Shown here piece by piece: positions 1 to 6,124 of a DNA stretch of 60,734 nucleotides. The stretch spans positions 70,940 to 131,673 of the forward strand of contig CAYXGG010000004.1 of NCBI GenBank assembly GCA_964464475.1. The letters run 5' to 3'. The translations under genes were made by a program, and so were the position numbers. This stretch comes from an uncultured Planctomycetales bacterium. Lineage in GTDB: Bacteria; Omnitrophota; Gorgyraeia; Zapsychrales; JAHFFX01. Numbering within the stretch: the stretch's first letter is position 1; each line of letters starts with the position of its first letter. The notes under the pieces are model-generated. The model ran no database searches. It saw only the letters and a list, made by a program, of their open reading frames with translations, and had not been told where the DNA came from.

Positions 1-346
1 GCAGCAGACGAGAATGAATTTGGGAAGGGGAATGTCGGTGAAAATCCAAAAAGGAGAGTCTCAGGATATGGTCCAAAGTCCTTTCTCGTAAATCTCGAAC
101 CACCTTCTCTCCGACTCCATAAACGAGATAACCGCGAACAAAATTGGCCACGGCCTTAACAAGCAAACTGCCCAACATCAATCCCAGAAGCAATCCCCCG
201 TAACTGACCGAACCGGAAATGAGCCCGTCCAGGACAAACTTCAGACCCCAAGGAAAAATCAGTGTGCACCCATTAGCCACAAGCGTCAACAACAGAATAC
301 ACGCAATCACCTTTGCGTAGGGACGCAAAATAAAAATTATTTTCAT
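1..346 (-). CDS. ABC exporter, fused TMD-NBD type (N-terminal part only; gene continues past the left window edge)
   Basis: Absent from the ORF track because it is truncated. ATG at 344..346 overlaps the TGA of the rSAM gene (ATGA). My translation is MKIIFILRPYAKVIACILLLTLVANGCTLIFPWGLKFVLDGLISGSVSYGGLLLGLMLGSLLVKAVANFVRGYLVYGVGEKVVRDLRERTLDHILRLSFLDFHRHSPSQIHSRLL. This looks like the first TM helices and the (F.D....G.l.SRL) region of a type-I ABC exporter. There is no C39 peptidase domain at the N-terminus. Confidence 0.6.
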   Translation of the reverse strand, partial: MKIIFILRPYAKVIACILLLTLVANGCTLIFPWGLKFVLDGLISGSVSYGGLLLGLMLGSLLVKAVANFVRGYLVYGVGEKVVRDLRERTLDHILRLSFLDFHRHSPSQIHSRLL

Positions 347-1734
347 GTTTTTGTCAAAGCTGGCTCTCGAAGTGCATGGGACTTTGTCTGCGACACCATT
401 CGATGATAGTCACGTTTGATATATTCTGGAGCCATCATATTCAAGTACGGCTTTTTACAGGATGCGACTTTGAAATTTCCATGCCCCCCCACGAAAGACA
501 TCAGGCGACACCCACCGCTACACATCGGTAAATAAGTGCAATCAACCGGGCATTGCTTCCAAACATCCAAATCTCTAAATTCTTTACCCTTTTCGTTATA
601 TTCTTCATGATAAACATCTCCCACGGCAAACTCAGGATGACCGAGCAACGAGTTGCATTTATACAGTTTACCTTCCTGGTCAATAGTGACCCCACCATTT
701 TCTCTAGTTAACGGACAAATCGATGTGGACATACCGCTTTTAGGATTGGCAACACCCTTAGCATCCAATAACGCGTTTAACTTCTTTACGGCCTGCGCGT
801 AAATCGCGTCATCCAAGTTGCACGAACATTCCGATCCACGGACGGCGGTAGGATTTCCCTTAGGCCCTAGCGTGGGAATGATGGGAGAAAATACAAATCG
901 ACCCAATTTATGCAAAACGCCTAAATTTTCCAGGTGATTGATCAATTTTTCTATGGGGTCAATATTGCCTTTCTCAAATCCGATCGAAAGACCGATAGGG
1001 ATTAAATCGGCACAGTCTACGATGTTCTTCATGATCCGCTCAAAAGTCCCCCCACCCCCCCTTAACGGCCTATTACGGTCGTGATCTTCGCCGACGCCAT
1101 CCAAACTGATGCGAACATGGCGTAGATTATATTGCTTGTATTTATTCACAATTTCCGGCGTCAAGAGGTACCCATTCGTTTGCAGGGCCATATCAAATTT
1201 CTTACCGTTGGCTTCGCACCAGGCCAACATTTGACTTGAAACATTTTCAATCGCGGCCTGATTTAGCAAGGGTTCTCCGCCATAATAATTAATGTGCAAA
1301 GCCTCGTAACCCAGGCGCTCCATCTTGCGCTGTAAATAACGGATCACCTGCTCTTGAGTCTCAAAACTCAATTTCACATTGGTTCGCGAACTTTCTTCAA
1401 AACAATAGGTGCATTTAAAATTACACGAATAGGTCGTCAGCAGCGTGACCGTTAAATAGGCAGGATTATAACTATACTTGATTTGTTGTAGATGGCTGCG
1501 TAACTTTTCGCGTTCTTCCACGTCATCTCGCACCAGCAAACCGATTCGGTGCAAATGACGCACATCATCTCTTTGCAAAATATCTTCTTGATACGGCGCG
1601 ATCGTCAGCTGATTCAGGATCTCTCTAAGCGCGTCATCAATTTTGACCAAAGCCTGAGTGCGGGTGCTGTATAACAGGTGTTCGCCAGATTGGGGATAGT
1701 CGGGGACCAGAATCGTATGGCAGGACAGACGCAT
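343..1734 (-). CDS. radical SAM / SPASM-domain peptide maturase
   Basis: CNFKCTYC is a CX3CX2C radical-SAM motif lying after an N-terminal extension of about 100 aa (possibly an RRE-like leader-binding domain). The C-terminal Cys pattern is typical of SPASM: CPLTRENGGVTIDQEGKLYKC (CX14GX4C), CPVDCTYLPMCSGGC, then a lone C in ASCKK. GGAGG lies 5 nt 5' of ATG 1734. Confidence 0.9.
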   Translation of the reverse strand: MRLSCHTILVPDYPQSGEHLLYSTRTQALVKIDDALREILNQLTIAPYQEDILQRDDVRHLHRIGLLVRDDVEEREKLRSHLQQIKYSYNPAYLTVTLLTTYSCNFKCTYCFEESSRTNVKLSFETQEQVIRYLQRKMERLGYEALHINYYGGEPLLNQAAIENVSSQMLAWCEANGKKFDMALQTNGYLLTPEIVNKYKQYNLRHVRISLDGVGEDHDRNRPLRGGGGTFERIMKNIVDCADLIPIGLSIGFEKGNIDPIEKLINHLENLGVLHKLGRFVFSPIIPTLGPKGNPTAVRGSECSCNLDDAIYAQAVKKLNALLDAKGVANPKSGMSTSICPLTRENGGVTIDQEGKLYKCNSLLGHPEFAVGDVYHEEYNEKGKEFRDLDVWKQCPVDCTYLPMCSGGCRLMSFVGGHGNFKVASCKKPYLNMMAPEYIKRDYHRMVSQTKSHALREPALTKT

Positions 1735-1755
1735 AGCTTCCTCCTTTGGGAGTGA

Positions 1756-1791
1756 ATCGGCGCGATCCGGAAAGCTCCGGATCGCGCCGAT
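1756..1791 (-). promoter_or_regulatory. intercistronic stem-loop between the precursor ORF and the maturase (16-bp perfect stem, 4-nt loop)
   Basis: atcggcgcgatccgga (1756-1771) pairs perfectly with tccggatcgcgccgat (1776-1791), with loop aagc. No U-tract follows on the minus strand. The maturase SD starts about 8 nt after the stem. Confidence 0.5.
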
Positions 1792-1806
1792 ATTAACCGC
1801 GGTTAA

Positions 1807-1920
1807 TTATTCTTCGTCGCTAACTTCACGCAAGAATGAATTCATTGTGCCCGGTGGCCAGCAGCAACCCAACGCGGCGAGGTCCTTTAACTTCTCTGAT
1901 CCTTGATTGATCACTTCCAT
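1807..1920 (-). CDS. candidate RiPP precursor peptide, 37 aa (unannotated, below the ORF-track length cutoff)
   Basis: Hand translation gives MEVINQGSEKLKDLAALGCCWPPGTMNSFLREVSDEE followed by TAA. GGAGG lies 5 nt 5' of the ATG (gcgaaaGGAGGtagtgATG). The ORF lies 72 nt 5' of the rSAM/SPASM gene on the same strand. Confidence 0.55.
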   Translation of the reverse strand: MEVINQGSEKLKDLAALGCCWPPGTMNSFLREVSDEE

Positions 1921-1944
1921 CACTACCTCCTTTCGCTATGCGGT

Positions 1945-1968
1945 GAAAACAGCTTCCTTATGAAGCTG
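1945..1968 (-). terminator. weak hairpin plus T-run between the SBP gene and the precursor ORF
   Basis: On the minus strand: cagcttc-ataag-gaagctg followed by TTTTC. This is a 7-bp stem. Only about 20 nt separate it from the precursor SD. Confidence 0.3.
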
Positions 1969-1985
1969 ACTTTCAACGCCCAAAA

Positions 1986-3707
1986 TCACTCAGCCCAATA
2001 CCAATCCTTCATCTCATAAGTTGGCATAAAACGACTGAAATAGGACTCAACACCTTCCAAATTGTCTCGGATAGCCGAATAGCTAATGGGATAAAAAAGA
2101 AAACAAACTGGTTGCTCGACGATAATCACCTGGTGAATTTGTTGAAACAATCTATTACGGGTCTCATCATTTTTTTCCAATCTGACTTTAGTCAGGAGCG
2201 CATCTAGCTGAGAGTTGCGATACTCCCATAATCGACCCACCTGACCGGAGGAGGATGACCAATCATCCGCCACTTCAAAATCCCGCAAATCGTAACCCGC
2301 AAAAAAACGCAACCACGCTTGGACCCCATGTTCCCGCAAAAAAGAAGCGGTCAATTGTTCATCATTATTGTATCGAACTAAATTCAACTTAATTCCCACC
2401 TGAGAGAGTTGTTGCCGCATCTGTGCTGCAATATCCAGCATGACCGGGCTACGCTCATCAACCAGGAGTTTAAGCGTTAAACTCTTACCGGATTTTTCTA
2501 CCGTCCCATCGTTGTCATGGTCTATCCAACCCCTATGATTTAGGAGAATGTTGGACTTAGTAGGATTATAAATTCGATCAATTCTTGATGATTCCCAACC
2601 ATCAAAACGAGTTCTAAACGGCCCCTCGCTCACCACCCCACTGATATCGGTCAAACTCGAGAGCAATTCCCCTCGGTTAATCGCATGAGCGATGGCCTGC
2701 CGGATCTCTATTTGACTAAGCAAAGGATCTCCCAAGTTGTAAACCATCGCGCAATAAAACCCTAAGTCCACCGAGTAACTATTAAAATGTTCATCTTTTC
2801 TAATTAGTTCAAAATCAGCTTGGCGAATGAATTGCACCAGATCGACTTCATTGCGCATCAGTGCGGAAAATAATTGAGCGCTGTCCTGATACACGGCAAC
2901 AATAACTTGATCCAAATAGGGCCGACCTTCAAAGTAATCATCAAAAGCAGCCAGCTTAATCCGTCCGTCCGCCTTGTCCCAAGACACAAAACGAAAAGGT
3001 CCGGTCCCAATCGGAAATTCATTAAAACTCGCTTCTGCCAAATCCTTCCCCATCAACAAATGCCGCGGCATAATTCCATAGGCAATCTTATTAATAAATA
3101 ACGGATTAGGTTCAGACAGAACTACTTCAAATGTATATTCATCAACTACTCTTAATTCTTTGACCAAAGAGAAATTAGGCAAAAAGGGAGAATTATTTTG
3201 GGGGTTCAATAATTGTTCGAAGGTGAATTTAACATCTTCGGCCGTGCATTCCTCGCCATCATGAAACATCACTCCTTGTCGTAAAAGAAAACGATAGATC
3301 AATCCATCGGCGGAGACGGTCCATTCTCGGGCTAGATCCGGCTCCCATTCTCCCCGACTATTAATACGCACTAGTCGATTAAAAATCAAATCCAGTAAAT
3401 TCATAGAAATACTGTGCGTTGTTAACACCGGATTAATAATAGTGGGTTGATGATATACGCCCCAGACCAGATCGCCACCGTAGCGGTTGGCCTTGGCAAC
3501 AACGTGAGGGCTACGGCTTTCCCCATCTGATTCGGCAAGCAAAGGTTCACAAGTAAGTCCTCCTGAAACCACCGCTAACAATGTCAAACCAAATGCGAAC
3601 TTGATTATCTTTATCAATTGAACATGGGCGACTTTTCTTAAAGGACTCAAGGGAGGACAACACAATATGGCAGAAAAGGCCCTTAAAGAATTGAAAGTAT
3701 GGCACAT
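1986..3707 (-). CDS. ABC-type periplasmic solute-binding protein, family 5 (OppA/DppA/NikA-like), orphan
   Basis: About 570 aa with the length and sequence character of family-5 SBPs (GGDLVWG....INP; RLV..N..GE..PDLA..W..S.DG..Y.F.LR.GV.FHDG). The start is uncertain: TTG 3710, ATG 3707, or an internal TTG near 3617 that would give a signal peptide MIKIIKFAFGLTLLAVVSG. No cognate permease or ATPase genes are adjacent. Confidence 0.8.
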   Translation of the reverse strand: MCHTFNSLRAFSAILCCPPLSPLRKVAHVQLIKIIKFAFGLTLLAVVSGGLTCEPLLAESDGESRSPHVVAKANRYGGDLVWGVYHQPTIINPVLTTHSISMNLLDLIFNRLVRINSRGEWEPDLAREWTVSADGLIYRFLLRQGVMFHDGEECTAEDVKFTFEQLLNPQNNSPFLPNFSLVKELRVVDEYTFEVVLSEPNPLFINKIAYGIMPRHLLMGKDLAEASFNEFPIGTGPFRFVSWDKADGRIKLAAFDDYFEGRPYLDQVIVAVYQDSAQLFSALMRNEVDLVQFIRQADFELIRKDEHFNSYSVDLGFYCAMVYNLGDPLLSQIEIRQAIAHAINRGELLSSLTDISGVVSEGPFRTRFDGWESSRIDRIYNPTKSNILLNHRGWIDHDNDGTVEKSGKSLTLKLLVDERSPVMLDIAAQMRQQLSQVGIKLNLVRYNNDEQLTASFLREHGVQAWLRFFAGYDLRDFEVADDWSSSSGQVGRLWEYRNSQLDALLTKVRLEKNDETRNRLFQQIHQVIIVEQPVCFLFYPISYSAIRDNLEGVESYFSRFMPTYEMKDWYWAE

Positions 3708-3856
3708 CAAAATAAACCTAGTTGGGCTTAAGTTAATTTAAACATAATTGATTGCAAGTAAATGGCTATTCTCCGCCATTCACTAACTTTATTCACTGTT
3801 GTCTTTAAATTGACAAACGAACCAAGCCGGCCTGCCTCAATAAGCAAGATTACACG

Positions 3857-4019
3857 CTTTTTCCCTTCTAATGTTAATTAAGGAAGGCGGGATAACGACC
3901 TTTTCTTCTTGGAGAAAAGGCAGTACCTGCCTCGCCGGTCCGCCTCGGCTCGCCATCAGCGAGACGGGCAGGCGGGTTGACTTCCTCTTAAGCATTGGAA
4001 TAGAAAAGGTCAATAAATT
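3857..4019 (+). repeat. modular intergenic repeat, copy A (hairpin module + 52-nt GC core 3925..3976 + AT-rich R module ending aaaaggtcaataaatt)
   Basis: The reverse complement of the core is identical (52/52) to 49270..49321 and 54753..54804. The flanks align with copy E (28032..28146). Confidence 0.85.
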
Positions 4020-4046
4020 AAACTAAAAACAAAAACCTATCCCAAA

Positions 4047-5984
4047 TTAAAATTCGAGGCTAAAGCCCCCTTCAAAATACCGACGGGGTAGAGGAAAATC
4101 AATATTGGACCAGTACTTGCTATTGGTGAGATTATGAATGCTGAAGAAAATTTTTCCATCCACATTGGCCCAAAAATCAACAAAGGCTTGTGATAGCTTA
4201 AAATCCCAAATGGGCTTGCGATCATTGGCCCTTAACGACGGCTCCGAACTCCAGCGGTTATATTGACCCAAAAGCTCGGCACTAAAACCCGTCACGCTAT
4301 GAAAATGCGCAGCTAACGAATATTTCTGCCGGGCGATTCCTTGATCACGCACGGAGCGACCTGTTTGCCGATTTTCCACATCATTAAATGCGCCGCTGGC
4401 CGAAAAAGACAGGGTCTCGGACCAATCGTAATCGAACGTCAACTCCGCTCCCTGCCGACGAAACTTACTAAAGTTTCTTTGTACATAGTAATTGGTAATA
4501 GGATCCTGGACCAACGCGATCGCGTCCCGGACATCTGACAAATAAAAATTAAGGTCCATGTTAAAATCATCCCCAAAAACGGTACTTCCCCCTAACTCGT
4601 ATACAGTGGCGCGCTCTGCTTCTAAATCGGGATTGGCCCCCACTTGAAATCCCGGATCAAAGTTATAAATCCACATCAAAGGTGGCGCGTTAAACACCCG
4701 GGAAATTTTTCCTCTGACCGAAGTCTCCGGCAGCTGGGCAAAACGATAGACCGACGCGAAACTAGGACTGGTTTGACTTCCGAATTGATCATTGCGGTCA
4801 TAACGAATGCCTGGGACAAATTCCCAGCCATTAACTTCTAACGAATAGTTCGCGAAAGGCGCCTGGGCGCTAATACCTTTGGCTTCAGACAAATAGCGAT
4901 TGGACTTGATCGTATGCCAATCAAAATCAGCGCCCATTACCAAAGCTCCAAAATCCGCAAAATCCTTATGACCATTAAGACTGATCCCTCGATAAAAATT
5001 ATTACTGATGGTCTCGAATTGCGACGCATTCGTTGAGACTGACTTTGTGTCGGTCGTAATATCTTGATGGTTAAACTTTAAAGCCACACTAAGAACATCG
5101 TCCCCATCCTCTCTGGAAAGGATCACTTGCCCGTAGCGCGCGTAATAAGGTTGAGTGGAATAATTGCTTGCCGTCTTTAACCCGTACTGAGCGAACGCGT
5201 CGTGATATCCGAACGTGCTTTGGATAATTCCCAAATCGCCTATAGGCAGGGACAATTTAGTCAACACACTCTTTTTTTCAGCCTCGCCAAATCGCTGAGG
5301 TCCATCGGTTTTATAATAACTTCCACTGGCGAAATAGCCCAATTCCTTAACTGATCCGGCTAGCGACAAACTCTCTTGAAACGTACCGAATTCCGCGAAC
5401 GAGCTGTTAAATTGACCGCTGACACGTTCCCCACCAGCGCTTTTGGTAATCACATTGACCACCCCGCCTAAACTAGAACCCCACGCGCTGGAAGCGCCGC
5501 CCTTAATGATCTCCACGCGTTCAATCATTTCCACAGGTATGGCGGAAGGATTAGCCTGCCCCGACAGTTGGGTATTGAAAGGAATGCCGTCAATCAACAG
5601 CAAAACTTGACGCGCATTGGAACCATTGAGAGATAACGCGGTCGATTGGCCGAATTGTCCATTCAATTGCACATCGATCGCGGGAGAATACGACAATACT
5701 TCGGTCAAATCCCGTGCCGGCAGTCGCTCAATGTCTTCGGCGGTAATTATCTCAACTTGTTCTGGACTATGTCGGGATTTACTTGGAGCACGGCGGGCCG
5801 TCACCACGACCGTATTTAATTCGTACAAAAATTTTGGCTTAATTTCAGCACTCTTAGAGGAAGGGGAAAAAGATGGTGAAGAACTGCTTAGGACAGCACT
5901 GTTTGCGTGTACTTGCCTACCCTGCAGAAAAACTTGTAAGACCATAATGACCCAAAAAATTCTTAATGCCTGACGAAACCTCAT
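4047..5984 (-). CDS. TonB-dependent outer-membrane receptor
   Basis: Signal peptide, then a plug region (VVVTARR...IERLPARDLTEVL...LNG...LIDGIP) and GGASSAWGSSLGGVVNVITK. It has a long beta-barrel and a C-terminal aromatic residue (..GGFSLEF). Confidence 0.9.
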   Translation of the reverse strand: MRFRQALRIFWVIMVLQVFLQGRQVHANSAVLSSSSPSFSPSSKSAEIKPKFLYELNTVVVTARRAPSKSRHSPEQVEIITAEDIERLPARDLTEVLSYSPAIDVQLNGQFGQSTALSLNGSNARQVLLLIDGIPFNTQLSGQANPSAIPVEMIERVEIIKGGASSAWGSSLGGVVNVITKSAGGERVSGQFNSSFAEFGTFQESLSLAGSVKELGYFASGSYYKTDGPQRFGEAEKKSVLTKLSLPIGDLGIIQSTFGYHDAFAQYGLKTASNYSTQPYYARYGQVILSREDGDDVLSVALKFNHQDITTDTKSVSTNASQFETISNNFYRGISLNGHKDFADFGALVMGADFDWHTIKSNRYLSEAKGISAQAPFANYSLEVNGWEFVPGIRYDRNDQFGSQTSPSFASVYRFAQLPETSVRGKISRVFNAPPLMWIYNFDPGFQVGANPDLEAERATVYELGGSTVFGDDFNMDLNFYLSDVRDAIALVQDPITNYYVQRNFSKFRRQGAELTFDYDWSETLSFSASGAFNDVENRQTGRSVRDQGIARQKYSLAAHFHSVTGFSAELLGQYNRWSSEPSLRANDRKPIWDFKLSQAFVDFWANVDGKIFFSIHNLTNSKYWSNIDFPLPRRYFEGGFSLEF

Positions 5985-6040
5985 AGCCAGCTAGATTTTT
6001 TCAAAGTCGATCATGATTTTATTAAAAATTGATAAATTAA

Positions 6041-6120
6041 TACCAAAATGAATGATTAAAGTGAACAAAGTAAATTTATTGTATACAATCGTAAATGATT
6101 GTAAACAAATGATTTATTAT
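6041..6120. promoter_or_regulatory. AT-rich region with repeated AATGAT(T) motifs 5' of the TonB receptor gene (possible Fur-type boxes)
   Basis: aaaatgaatgattaaa at 6045-6060, gtaaatgattgtaaacaaatgatttattat at 6091-6120. There is only a partial resemblance to GATAATGATAATCATTATC. Confidence 0.2.
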
Positions 6121-6124
6121 TTCA

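Noticed and set aside
343-1734. Reading the rSAM/SPASM protein as an anaerobic sulfatase-maturating enzyme
   Set aside because: No sulfatase gene is nearby. A short SD-preceded ORF and an ABC exporter flank it, which fits a peptide maturase better. An HMM classification is still needed.
3980-4019. Outward-facing promoter in the R module of the repeat (TTGACT-17-TAGAAA)
   Set aside because: The -10 candidates (TAGAAA, TAGTAG, TACAAA) lack the conserved final T. The -35 is not conserved in copies B and D. I kept this only as a remote possibility.
5617-5973. 118-aa plus-strand ORF (with 4341..4538 and 4644..4841) inside the TonB receptor gene
   Set aside because: It is antisense to a well-supported gene. 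It has no SD, and its composition is typical of shadow frames.
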